This document shows positions 12,307 to 24,830 of a stretch of DNA of 60,000 nt, one piece after another. The notes under the pieces are model-generated. The model had not been told where the DNA came from and did no database searches. It was given only the letters and a program-made list of their open reading frames with translations. The stretch is from Lytechinus pictus. Its lineage: Eukaryota. The stretch's first letter is position 1. Every line of letters starts with the position of its first letter. The stretch covers positions 31,808,001 to 31,868,000 of the forward strand of contig NC_087245.1 in the NCBI RefSeq assembly GCF_037042905.1, in the 5' to 3' direction. A program made the translations under genes and the position numbers.

Positions 12307-12891
12307 AGGGATGGTCCTGGCCCTGAAAATAGTTATATCTAAATATCTAGAGTAAGATTCACAGAGCAAAATGCTGAAAATTTCATCAAAATCGGATAAC
12401 AAATAACGAAGTTATTGAATTTTAAAGTTTATCAATAATTTGTAAAAAAGGGTTATATGCACATCGTCATGAATATTCATTAGGTGGGCTGATGATGTCA
12501 CATCTCCACTTTCTTATGTTATTACATGAAATCATAAATGTTCCATTTTTTCATACATGTGTAAATGTGTACTCATTATGATGAAAAAGGTGGGGCAATA
12601 AATAACTAATGCACTTAATCAGTTGTCAATCCAATTGTTTTAGTTCTTGGTAGAAAAATTTTGAATACACCTAATTTCCTATAATAAAATACAAAAGAAC
12701 GAGTGGGGATATGACATCATCAGCCCACCTAATGAATATTCATAAAGACATGCCTAGAACTGTTTCACCGGAATAATGCAAATTTTAAAATTCAATAACT
12801 TTGTTATTTCTTATCCGATTTTGATGAAATTTTCAGCATTTTGCTCTGTGAATTTTACTCTATTTATTGAGATATAAATATTTCCATCCCT
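12307..12891. mobile_element. Non-autonomous DNA transposon with long TIRs and TTAA TSD (Kolobok-like)
   Basis: TTAA|AGGGATGG...CCATCCCT|TTAA, with inverted arms of about 150-200 bp (CACAGAGCAAAATGCTGAAAATTTCATCAAAATCGGATAA and its reverse complement). Confidence 0.8.
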
Positions 12892-13128
12892 TTAATAAAG
12901 TTACTCTTTCTGAAAAATCAATTTTCGGATAATAGCACTGTGGTCACCAGAACCATTTCGTAGTACACTGTACTTGCCTTGTGGTCAGTTTACTAATAAT
13001 TAATCAAATATCTAAGAAATCTCTACTTCACAATTAAAATTTGCCAGAAAGATACTTCTCAATTTCAAATTTTCTCTTTCGCCTTTCATTTTCATATTTA
13101 TCACTCCACCTCCCAACAGTCCTCTGCA

Positions 13129-13226
13129 CAGTAGCGGACCGTGACCCGGAGGAGACAAAGCATTGGAGGGGCACTGTATTGTCTGTGAACAATGCTTTGT
13201 CTCCTTCGGGTCACGGTCCGCCACTG
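13129..13226. mobile_element. 98-bp hAT-type MITE with 37-bp TIRs and a perfect 8-bp TSD (CCTCTGCA)
   Basis: CAGTAGCGGACCGTGACCCGGAGGAGACAAAGCATTG ... CAATGCTTTGTCTCCTTCGGGTCACGGTCCGCCACTG; TSD at 13121-13128 and 13227-13234. Confidence 0.88.
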
Positions 13227-13862
13227 CCTCTGCAGAACTAACCACATGGCAAACTGTAACCCACCCCGTGTTAACAACTGAACTGAACATATATATATAT
13301 AACTGGAAATCAGTGTTGAAAATTTCTATTCACTTATCAGTAAAACTGATATGCCTATACACAAATAGTCCAAACTTTGAACTATTGGTTGTGATGTATC
13401 TCAAAGGAGAATTAAGAAGACAACCATATCAATAGGGTCAAGTACATTCCAGATAATATTTACATTTCAGATAAAGGTCACTTCAGGTATTCATTCTGTA
13501 CTTTATTATGGAAGCAAAGGTCACCTGACAAAATTCTAACATAAAGGTTTCTCACAATTGACTAATTGATTGATTCTATTTCTGTTTTCACATCAGAGAA
13601 AGGTATACATGAGAACATAATTATTCAAAGGTAATATGTACTCAAGTATGCAATAATCATATAGGCCTTCTCATTTGTAACTGAGAATTCATTTAATGTG
13701 TATACATTTTTCAATTCAGTTGCTGAAATATTTGCATGATTCAATCAATGAAAGGCCCAAATTTAAATCATATTTCTACATATAACTCCATTAGATTGCA
13801 GAAAAGTGAGAAAAAAAATGATGAAAATTGAAATCTATTTTATTCATAAAATCAAAACTTAC

Positions 13863-13926
13863 CGGGTTACTTGCGTAATAATGATCAAGGTTTTTCTGGA
13901 AAGTAACAGTAAACTTGCTGCCCTCC
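13863..13926 (-). CDS. Histidine-brace protein exon 3 (contains the second His, H79)
   Basis: ttttctttgcaactcag| ... |gtaagt; 64 nt encoding (K)EGSKFTVTFQKNLDHYYASNP. Confidence 0.88.
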
Positions 13927-14414
13927 CTGAGTTGCAAAGAAAAAAAGCTTGTCATCATCAATCTGTGATTAAAAATAAATGTTTATTTCCAATCCATTCT
14001 TAACCGACTGGGGTTATAGACAAACTTAATAATCTTGAATATGCCTTACTTTAAAATCCAAATGATACAAATTAATGACATTTTTACCCTTACTTTTATT
14101 GCTATGGTACATGTATCTTTGTTGTTGTTATTTGAAAGTATATATTTATATATATACTTTAACTATATATACATGTATATATATATATATATATATATTA
14201 TTATTATAATGATTAGATTTCTCAAATATCAAGTACATTGTTTCATCTTTTGTATGAAATATTTTACATTTTTAAGAAATATTTATCAGTCCTGTTCCCA
14301 CTCACACTCTTTTTCTCAATAACACTTTAATTAGATCAGATTTCACATTAAAAGTTGTTTCATCAATCTACTTATGATTTTATTTCTGATTCATTTAAAC
14401 CAACATGCACTTAC

Positions 14415-14490
14415 TTGATAGCAAGAGTGGTTCCTGTGCTGGCATTACGACTACCACACGGACCAGAAGTCAATCCGCAGTCCGCAGATG
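14415..14490 (-). CDS. Histidine-brace protein exon 2
   Basis: tttattgtag| ... |gtaagt; 76 nt encoding (A)SADCGLTSGPCGSRNASTGTTLAI(K), which contains the PCG motif. Confidence 0.88.
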
Positions 14491-15015
14491 CTACAATAAA
14501 AAGAATATAAAAAAAATGATCTGTTTTCAATTGATTATTGTTATATCCATATCAAAATCATGTTCAGTTCATTGATACTTAAGTTTCTCGGCAGCACAAA
14601 GTAAGAAACTCTGACTTCTGAGTCAAAGTTTGACTCTGGAACTACATTTCATTACTCCCTCAATCTACCCATCATATCAATCAAGTATCAAATGTGATCA
14701 AGAGCTGTAATAAATAGTCATAACAAATTTACCATGACATCACAAGCTGTTTATAAATCAATGTACTTAGAAAATTGTAATAAATTAATAGCAATGGGCC
14801 CAAAACTGATTGTAACAGATTTTATAGAACGAGACATCATATTATCATAGGCATTGCATTACCCTATTTAGTGTTGCGTTGTATTCTAAAGGTAAGTCAC
14901 AGACTCAATTAATACTATACAAACAGGGTGATTGTTGCAGACTGCAAGTGTATACGATGGAGATCAAACTTCAGCATTCTACGACGACGACTACGACTAG
15001 TACGAGCTCACGTAC

Positions 15016-15130
15016 CTTCTTTGTTAATGCCCATCATTGAGCCGCGTTGTGGAGGGCTCAGCAAACACAGGTGGGCTGTCCCGATGGAGACAACTGCACA
15101 AAATATGGTCACGAATACTAGATACTTCAT
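15016..15130 (-). CDS. Histidine-brace protein exon 1: signal peptide plus N-terminal His
   Basis: ATG in an aaaATG context; encodes MKYLVFVTIFCAVVSIGTA|HLCLLSPPQRGSMMGINKE; donor G|gtacgt. The six exons total 507 nt, giving 168 aa plus stop with all phases consistent. Confidence 0.9.
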
Positions 15131-15260
15131 TTTATTTTCAGTTTTAATGACTCTACTCGTAGAATGGTGTCGAAAATTACCCAATAACAGCTACGTATGA
15201 GACCGGTCGTGCAGATCGAAGACTCTGAATCATGTAGGCCTAAAAACGTAAACAGAATTA

Positions 15261-15347
15261 TTGTGCAACTCTTGTCACATGATCAGACATGTGACACAGT
15301 TCAACGCTGCGAATCAGTGGTCACATGACACAACCCTGGGAAATTCC
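15261..15347 (-). promoter_or_regulatory. Proximal promoter cluster: three CATGTG E-boxes (M-box/CLEAR-like), an NF-kB site and a C/EBP-like site
   Basis: TTGTGCAA 15261-15268; GTCACATGAT 15274-15283; ACATGTGAC 15287-15295; GTCACATGAC 15320-15329; GGGAAATTCC 15338-15347. All lie 130-220 bp upstream of the ATG. Confidence 0.65.
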
Positions 15348-16556
15348 GAGGGTTGTTACCAGAACTATGTTGTTCGTTTTTGCATGTAAACAAGAGGTCC
15401 ACAATTTTGAGATGTTTTTTTTCTTCTTCTTAATTATCACCAATAGACAGGGGCAGACAAGATTCTGTTCGGTACTCCATTAGTGTCAGCTTCTTGAAAT
15501 AGGCCTACATATTTTCCCTTTTACTTAATTGAATATAATATCAAATAACGTAAACAAAGTTGTTTTTCAGGATGAACCTTGGCACGTACCCAAGTTCTCT
15601 CTCCTTCTCTTAAGTTTTTTCTCTATACTCTAATGTGTTTTTCTTGTATATGATTTCAAGTCTACTAATGCTTTTTCTTCTACTTTTCAATCTTCCACCT
15701 ACAATATTTTATTTCTGAAAACTGATATAGGGACGTCGGCCTATATACTAACTGGAAACAACTTCTGGCGTTTCAGTATGGTTTACTCTATTATATCAGT
15801 GTATATTATGACAATCTACTGTGATTTACAACGAAATCCAATTTACGTATCATTGTGGAAACATGATGTAAAGCAAGAGTTTAAATTTCGATGTTTTTAG
15901 GGCAAGGCCACTTTTCTCTGGGACACCGTTACCGCGCAAATGGAAGAGAGGGCACATCTCCAGCATGAAAAGGCAATTTGAAACAAATTCTGTGGATATA
16001 TTCTCGCAATCTAGGAGCTCTAACTTATAGACTTCTGAACAAAGTTCTAAAAATCGAGGGGGCACGTTCCCCCCCCCCCCCCCTCCTGCACCGGATCGGT
16101 GCCAACTAAAGCTAGCCAGACCCTGAAGGGCATGTCTGATTTTGTTCAGTGACGGGAATTTGGTAAACATCTTATGACTGGCACTTAATGTGTTCATTAG
16201 CATGTTTGGCGTCTGCATAGTTTTCAAAGAGAGAGCTGACATCAAGTGACAGTTGAAGAATAATTTGAAGAGACCTCGAAGAAGCAGGACTAGTTTGAGG
16301 GAAGCTCGAGGGTTCTTCAAGCACTGTCGATGTCCGATGAAGCCGAGCGAAAAGCTAAGATCACCGTGAACGATCTTGAGCGCAGTTACTTTCATAACGT
16401 ACAGTTGCAATTTCATGGCTTGCGTTTCAACTTGGTTTACATCCCCGTTTCGAAGTGATTCAATATAGTAGGTTTGAATCATCTCTGTATTTTCGGATGC
16501 TTTTCTGAAAGGTGCATTAAATGGTGCTTTATGTCCGAAAACTTCGCAAGGAATAT

Positions 16557-16825
16557 CACTGGCGTACAGATGGGGGTGGGGCTTGGGTGCCGGCCATGGA
16601 CCCCAAAATTTTCACGACCAAGAAAAAAATGGAAAACATAAAGGGGAAGGAAAGGGAGTGAAATACGATTTTGATTTGTGATTTTTTTTGTAAAAGTTAG
16701 ATTTTTGTATTAAAAAGGTCAAAGTTTATCTCTCTCTCTCTTCGCTCGCAGCTTTTTAGAAACTTGGACCCGTGCACCATGTCTGCCCCCCCCCCCTCAA
16801 AATATTTGGCTCATTACGCTTCTGG
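16557..16825. mobile_element. Degenerate hAT-like non-autonomous element
   Basis: CACTGGCGTA...TACGCTTCTG termini with G-run and C-run subterminal tracts; a related relic lies at about 20930-21146. Confidence 0.5.
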
Positions 16826-18228
16826 CCCATACACTAAGGAGTAGATGTTAAAAGGATAAGTCAAATCATCATTGAAGCTGTCATGAAATGTCATTTAAAA
16901 AATCACTTTAACAGGATACTTACGTTGACCCAGTTGAAGTTTGACGGGATTGTTTAATTTGGCCATTTTTGCCAATCATAAACCAGGGGCCGGGAGGGGG
17001 TAATCGGGGCATTATAATTGATATACATCTTTAAATGATCTATATTCCTTTTAACATTATAATGAGACAAAAAGTCAGCCACCAACACACGACATGTCTA
17101 CAAAACTGATATGTTGTTTCTTTAAAAAGCGTTTTCCGTACCCGTGTATATCATCAAGCATAACGTGATACTAATTCGATCTTTTCTTTTTCTCGTAGGC
17201 GGTTTTGGCGGTTACATCCCCACAACCAAACCTCTTTCTGGAGGGGTTTCTAACCGTTATCTTCCATCATCTGGGCCAGGTGTATGCAAATGCTTCATTC
17301 TGCGAGAAATGTAGCCTAGAACAATATAGGCGGTGTCGAAAGTCAGATACAAATTAAATCGTTTGGAATAGCATGATGCCAACATATTGCTTTTATTTCG
17401 ATTCTTTTATCAGTGTATATAATAACTACTTTCATATTGATTTTTGTCCCATTACGGATTATGTTTACTCATATTATCGGCGTAATGAATAACAGTATTG
17501 AGGGGTAAGCATGGTATGTGAAGCAAAATTTCTAAATAGCCTCAAATTTCTAAAGAGCAAAGAGAGCGAGCAAAATTGTTGACCCTCTATATACGAAAAG
17601 TTAATTCTGTGATACATTTTGAAAATATCTAAAGAAGCCATACAATATTTTACTGTTTTTTTTTTCTTTTTCATTTCTTTTCTCATATATTTCTTGATGA
17701 TGGAGACGGAGGGGGGGGGGCATGGTCCCCAGTCCCCCACCCCTAGTGACTTGTATCTTAATTGGATGTCACCTGCCGACATATTACCAAGATGGGTTTG
17801 ACATATGGATCTGTAATCAGTGTACTATATCTCCGATCTCTTGCTTCATGTAAATAAATTTGATTTGTATTTTTTACATAATGTAAAATTCATTGACCTT
17901 TTGTTTTCACTTTGCTTTTATTAGGCAGCTTAATTCGCGATCAGGAATATTTTACTCTTGGTATGCATACAGGAAGTGATGGAAGTAACAAAAAAAAAAT
18001 GGTTAAAGACATAACATTTTGGGTCATTTCATTTGCAGGAAGGTATTGATATGCTCCAAATATAATGGGCTTGAAGGATAAAGAAAATTCAAATAGACAT
18101 GATAGAAGAGTAGGCCTTTATTCTATTTTTATATGAATTAAAGGAAAAATACATCCGGAAAATATCGTTAAAGGGACAAAAGTGATGCTCATCTTGTAAA
18201 TCATGGTAGAAACACAGCATTCAACATG

Positions 18229-18450
18229 TACACCCTTAAAATGTTGGGCAACATACTGTCCACACAACAATTGGTTAAAAATGTATCCGGGAAATGTATC
18301 CAACTCTGGGTAGTTTTTAACCAATACTGTGTAGTTTTCACCCAAAGCAACCAATATTGGTTTAAAACTACCCAGAATTTGATAAAATTTTAACCAATTT
18401 TATTGTTGTGTGGACAGTATAAAAATGCTTCCCAGCATTTTGAGAGAGTA
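18229..18450. mobile_element. TA-flanked MITE (TACACCCTTAAAATGTTGGGCAACATACTGTCC family)
   Basis: Inverted termini; same family as 31505-31733. Confidence 0.65.
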
Positions 18451-19358
18451 CACAAGGGGGTTTCTTAATCACTAACTCAGATTATGTGACGAGCCTAGAT
18501 AACTTTAGATTATGCAAATTAAATAGGTCGACCGATACCATACAGAACGATGGTGAAGATCGACAGAGTATCCCACTCTGTTAGGAGGCCAGAAATATGG
18601 GTCATCTTGACCTATTTGGCGTCACTCGAAACATATACACTCACATCGTCATATCTTCCATTTTGCGCTCCATAAATTAATCTTTTAAATCCATCTCGAG
18701 TAAAATATACCTCCAAATAACCCACTGAATTTCCGGTTTCTCAAGCCCGTGAAAGCCCCTGGAGCCGATATGGTGCCACTGGATATCTCAAACGATTGTG
18801 ACCAAGAGGATAAAAATCGGTAACATCATCGAACTCGAGCATCATTGAAGGATCGCATCCTTTTAAGACACCAAAATGAGGTTGCAGCACACCCTCTACC
18901 TTGCTGTAATCAATACTTGAACTCGATATTTTATGACGTCATCCATTAGGCCAAGTCATTCCCGGCTATTTCATCTCTGCATAGTTTTCCTTTAAGACCG
19001 AGTTTTGAAATGTATGCTCATTTTGATTGATTCTTGTGCCTAGTGAGCAACACCACATATTTTTGGATAGACGTCATCCATGTTAAGGCGAGTCATTCTC
19101 GATAATTTCATCTTGGCACGTATGGTTTTCATATAAGAATGATTTTTGAAATTCATTCATGATTTGATTGATTATTGCACCTTGGGAGCAAAACCACATT
19201 TTGGGGATAAAACCTGGGGGGGGGGGGCACTCACGTATAATGGCAGTATGGGTATTTGCGATCACTAAGACCCCATTTTCACGCCTTGCATGCAGTTCCT
19301 AAGCATTATCATTTTCACTTTTTTTTTCTTTATTTGACCATCTCGTCTCCCCCATTCC

Positions 19359-19608
19359 TACGCTGCAAGTACGCCGATGTTAATTCAACACAAGCCTGGT
19401 ATCTATATCGGTCCACACCGGAGAAGTGTTGAAATAACACCAGTTAAGAATCAAACCGATATGGGTTTAACACTAATTGGTGTTGCTTGAATGCCAAATT
19501 GGTGTTAGCCTAACGCCAAATCGGTGTTGTTTCAACACCTCTTTGGTGCTTGTGGACCGATATAGATACCAGGCTGGTGTTAAATTAACACCGGCGTTTT
19601 GCAGTGTA
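19359..19608. mobile_element. Palindromic MITE with CACTGCAAAA-type termini
   Basis: AGCCTGGTATCTATATCGGTCCACA pairs with TGTGGACCGATATAGATACCAGGCT; the element ends TTTTGCAGTGTA. Confidence 0.75.
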
Positions 19609-21196
19609 AGCCCCTCATTATGTCAGGCGTCAGTTCTCGAAGACCTCGCCCATTTCATGCTGAATTCCAGTTTCCAAGCACGCACAATTGCATATAGGAC
19701 TAAGTCTTAATTATAGTTCGTAATTCACACCATTATGAAATATGATGAAAAACGACACTTTTAGTGTATATCGATATACACAGATAATCATACCGGTCAT
19801 GGTGTTAATTTGTAGTTCAAAACCAATGGGTGTACTGTTATTACAACACCTTTACACTCTTTAGTGTTATGTTCAATCTCTAGGGTGTAATTTTAACACC
19901 TTTAAATGTGGTCCTCTGGGGACACCAACTGGTGTCAAGTTTTAACACCCAATATAGTTTTTACAGTGTAGGATGTCTCTACTCTCTACAACATAATTGA
20001 GGAGAAACACTAATAGATTTCTAAGCCCCACGGTATATTATTTTCAGGCCTGGCGTTTGAGACGATGATGCTCACTTTGGCCAGAAGGAATGGGAATTAT
20101 ATCCAGACGATTCTCTTTTTGTTTTGTCAGAGTTTGTTTCCTGTTGTAATCGATAAGTTGGAAATAAAATATAATGGATTCTTTTTTTAAGGAGAAAGAT
20201 ATATTATTGATGCTGGCTGTAGTTAATTTCTGAAGGCGAATTGACCATGAGGCGCCAGGGAATAACAATTTGTCACTTGTATTATTATTGTAGTGTCACC
20301 GCCCAAATTAGAGGGGGATAGGGGCTGAATTAAATTGATGTAGTCATGTAGACATTACAATATAGATACTAAATGTCTGTTAACAAGAATAAAGACACTT
20401 CGTTACATATATATGTTTTGTTGAGCAACTTTTCTCTCTTAATTCGTTAATACAATATGCCGAAATGTCCTACAAGAATCTCAGTTAATGACCTTCTTTC
20501 ATATCTAAACAAGCTTGTTGATCAGAAATGATAATTACTCTCTTCACAAAATAATAGGTTTCGAACTTGACAAAGAACCCATTCATGTGTATCTTAATCA
20601 AAATAAATTCGAATGAAAGGAAATGAATGCTTTGCTTTGTCGTCAATATAAGAGTTATAAAAGCATACATAATATAATTTGGGGCAAACAGTGGTCATCA
20701 ACTTATCCTTAAGGAGCAGAAACTGTGGTCTTGGTTGGGGTATATAGAGAGCTACACTAATCATTTTAATCTGGTGTAAAGTTTCAGTGTTAGTAACACC
20801 TATGGGTGTTATTCCAACACCTTTGGTCGTTACATTTACACTCTTTAATATTATATTCAATCTTTATGATGTAATTTCAACACCCCAGGTTGTGGCCATC
20901 AAAGTGCACCAACTGCTGTCAGGTTTAACCAGTGGCATACTGCCCCCCCTAAAAAAAAAGACAAAAAGAAAGAGAAAAGGGCGAGCGAAATATTATATTA
21001 TTTTTTTAGTATTGTGTCAAAATCTATCACAAATTTTGATTTTTGTCGTAAATATGTCAAATTTTTTTGCTCGTTCGCAACTTTTACAAATTTTGCCAGA
21101 TACGCCATATCTGGCCCCTCAAAAATTCTTGCTCATTACGTCACTGGGTTTAACACTCTAGTTTTGACATTGTGCGCATACTTTTCCTTTCCTCTT

Positions 21197-21462
21197 CAGG
21201 GGCCCGTCTTACAAAGCCAAAGGATTGCAATTGATCCGATCAATCGAAACCATGGAAAGCCAATAAAGTCAACATATAAAATGCACGTTTCTTCCAAAAA
21301 AATCTAGATATGGATGTATATCCATAAATTAATTCATTTCTTGACAATTTGGTGTGTTCTCCTTTGTTACAGATGACATTTTGCAAATTTCCTGTAGAAA
21401 AAGAATTATGACACTGATGGATTTCCATGGAGTTACAATTGATTGGATCAATCGTAACTCTT
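21197..21462. mobile_element. MITE (GGGCCCCGTCTTACAAAG family), right end truncated
   Basis: Homologous, in the opposite orientation, to 45055-45318. Confidence 0.7.
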
Positions 21463-24400
21463 AGACTGGTTTATTCCCGCACCCCGGTCCCACTCCCGCC
21501 CTGATTCGGTTCGGGGTGTCCATGTCCCATCACACACACCTAAACATGAATATCCCTCATGTTTTTTAGTTGATGAGACGATGCACGTTTAAAGTTTCGG
21601 ATCGAATATCCCGATTTGTGCATTTTTACCCGGAGCCATTTTGATACCAGACGAGAAAATTTAATCAATCTCGTAAACGAGGAGCATGCAAAGCATGATA
21701 CATCCAGGCGAGAATTTGCTTCAACATAATGTATACGCCTCGGGTTATTTCGAATTGTCTGCCTATTTCATTATCATGTTTGTGTATAATTTTACAATGT
21801 CCTTATCAATGTCACTTGTGTGCCTCATCGTGTTCTATACAATTTGTTATCGCAAGAATTTTGAATTTGTGAAAAAATATAAAACGTAACTTCTTTACAC
21901 CATCCCTAATAAAAAAAAGAATGCAATAAATGAGTTATCCCTTTTCATTTAAAAATAAATTATAAGATTTGCAAATACTCAAACAGAACATAAGTGACAC
22001 GGACTCGCGTATCTATTTCTACTTCGAAAATTATGATCAAAGTGGAAATTGCTATTTTTTTCTCTTCAATCTATCATACTATATACTTTCTTTTCTTTAA
22101 CTCCTTGATATTATCATTTTTCGAAAAGAAAAATCAAAACAACAAAGGATCAATACAAGGGTGTTCTTAATTTTTCAATTTTAACAAAATTAAGAAAATT
22201 GAGAACCGGCTAAATGGAAAAACAACATGAGTTAAATTGTCGCTTTATACAAAACGGAAAACAAACTATTTAAAGTAAAAAGTGAAAGACAAAGCAGAAA
22301 AATATGCGAAAATTAAATATTAACCCCACAAAATAATATATTTTTCAAAAGTAATTCGTTTTTTTCAGCTTTCCATTTGAAGAAAGATATATTCTGCTTG
22401 TCACAAACAAAAAGTACTAAATTCTTATCCATGTTTGTTTGATTTATTTTTTCATTTTTCCTGTTTTGTTACCAGAAAATAATTATTGATCTGATAGTAT
22501 CTTAATTAAAAGACAATGTCGTTTTAGAATAAACCTGCTTACCTAAGTAACAATTTGACATTGACTATAACGAATGAAAATGAGCTTTTTTACTTTCTTT
22601 AGTAAGTTAGCTTTTTTGCTTCAGAATACTCTTCTGTTTTGATCAGTACACCGACATAGTTGAAGTAAAGGCCTACATGGTAAAATGCAACAAGATGTAT
22701 TTTGTAAAAATTGTGATGATGATGTTCTTTCTAGGAAATTGAAAATGACATTTCACATAATACTCCAATACTATCTCTACAAGCTATTACGTCTACAGTA
22801 TCAATTGACACCACTGAGTGGATTGAAACCTTTTAAAGGATTGCTCGGTTCAGATGTATACAAATACACATGTTCAAATGTGTGGTGTATGTCCAGTCAC
22901 TATGAACTTTGGGTACTAAAATATTGAGAGTCGCGGCCAGGTCTTTAACTTTTAATGAAAGACGATCGAGATTTGCGTTTGAATAATGAATCCATCATCA
23001 AGTTTTATTTGTTACTTTCTTTGTCCCACCCTCTTTCTCTTTAAACCAATTTTGATTACTTGGTTGGGGCAACGCCCCTTCCCCCCGCTCCGAAGTAGGT
23101 ATCTGGCCGTTAAACTCGGCTAGTATTTCAAGTCCATGGTCAGACTGAGTAAACAATCGTACATTGATCCAGACAGCTGTGATCGAAGAAAAACGGGATG
23201 CGAGCTATCAATTTCTGTCTTCATCATCATGAAGCAAAATTGCAATGGCAGATTCAGGGGTGGGGGATTAATATGGCCTCCAACCAGATTGAGTGGGCTA
23301 GAGCGGCGCTACGTGGGGGCAGCTGGCACTCGCCTCTATGATTTTTCAAGCAGTGGGGTGGGGGAAAACTGGCAGAGAAAAAAATGTGAAGGAATAAAGG
23401 AAAAAATAAAGGAATCAAAAGGGAGAAATGAAAGAGAGAAGAAAGAAGGGTTAAAAAAAAAGAGTGGTATTGGTCGTGTAACTTCATAACATCCCTGTAC
23501 TTGATTTGAGAAAACTAGGTCGTCCTACCCCCTATCAAAGTACACCGGCGCTGCCTCTTGGGAAATGAATGATTTTGATACATTGTTTGATAACCACGTT
23601 AGTGCAGGTCTTATGTAGCTGTTTAATCCGAAATTTGCTTCAACTGTGGAATTTTATATTACAACATTAATTTTATATTATAACATTATGTTATACTAAA
23701 CATAAATCATTCACATTCTTCAGAAACATCCAACAAGATATATTGACCAACCATGTTTGAAACCATTAAAGTAAATTATGTATGAAATATTGGTGAAATG
23801 ACGAATCAAAATCATGACAAAATTAGGTTGAGCTTGTTTGACGAGTGTTGTGGCACCTGGGGCATATTTCAAAAAGATTTGGAATCAACTTAATAACCAC
23901 TCAGTCAGACAAGATTGTTCTTTTTTTTTTTGTTGCTTTTAATTGCAGCTTTATCTGGAAAGGGTCATTGCTTATATTATTTTTTTCTAATCACTTCACC
24001 GAACGTTTCATGCAAGAAATATATCGTGTGGCCAGAATTCACAAGGTTATTTAATTTCAACCCATGTCCACGAACTCAGTCAAATACCTGAATCTTTAAT
24101 TTTGTGAATCACAATCAAGAGGCCTGCAATTCACCATTAAGAAAATTCCATATTACCAATGTCATGTTAGGGGGTTTACCCCCCCCCCCCATTGTGCTCC
24201 CTAAGAAAAGGGAGGGATATGCCTATTGTTGATCCATACTCGATGGTGTTTAGGACGCAGTGAGTCGCAGCTGAGTAAAATGTCTTCATTTGGGAGTGAT
24301 GACTTCTTAATTTTCTGGAAACCAAAAGTTTTTCAATTGTTTGGGACAAAAACCAACTGGTCGACCCCTCCCCCTCCCTCTTAGCAAAAAGCTTGATCCG

Positions 24401-24639
24401 CTACTGATTTTTTTTTATATAAATAAAGACAGTGAACAATGGAATGTCAAGCTCTGTTTATTGTAAATGCCCAGTGATTCGCGGGTGCGTTTAATGCCGT
24501 CAATCAAGGCGTCAATACAAAATCAGACGATTGTGAGGCGGTCAACTATTTAAAAAAAAAAGCCGTGCGAATGTATTTGTCAAGTCCCTGTATTGTTCAG
24601 AAACATTCAACTCTCGATCCATGAGACCGCCTCTCTTAA

Positions 24640-24830
24640 CGACCACCAGCTGGTTAGGTCACGTGACTGAAGGGAAAAATCAGCTGTCTGGAGACGAACC
24701 TTCTGTGTGCATCATACCCGTACTACGTGATTGAGGGTATTTTGGCGCCTCTAAACGCACGCCACTCAACCAACAGTACTGCACTGTTTTATGCATGCGT
24801 GGACGCCGCGTACGGCGGCCGGAGTGACAC
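24640..24830 (+). promoter_or_regulatory. Putative promoter of the GABA-B-like receptor gene
   Basis: CpG-enriched patch with a perfect GTCACGTGAC at 24658-24667, flanked by CAGCTG E-boxes at about 24647 and 24680, upstream of a strong splice donor. Confidence 0.45.

Noticed and set aside
13012..13290. Overlapping sense and antisense ORFs with similar peptides (also 30266-30691 versus 31386-31586)
   Set aside because: A by-product of inverted repeats (MITE TIRs and the palindrome).
15850..16482. 210-aa minus-strand ORF, the longest in the track
   Set aside because: No recognisable domain; it runs through a poly-G repeat relic and has no splice or start-context support.
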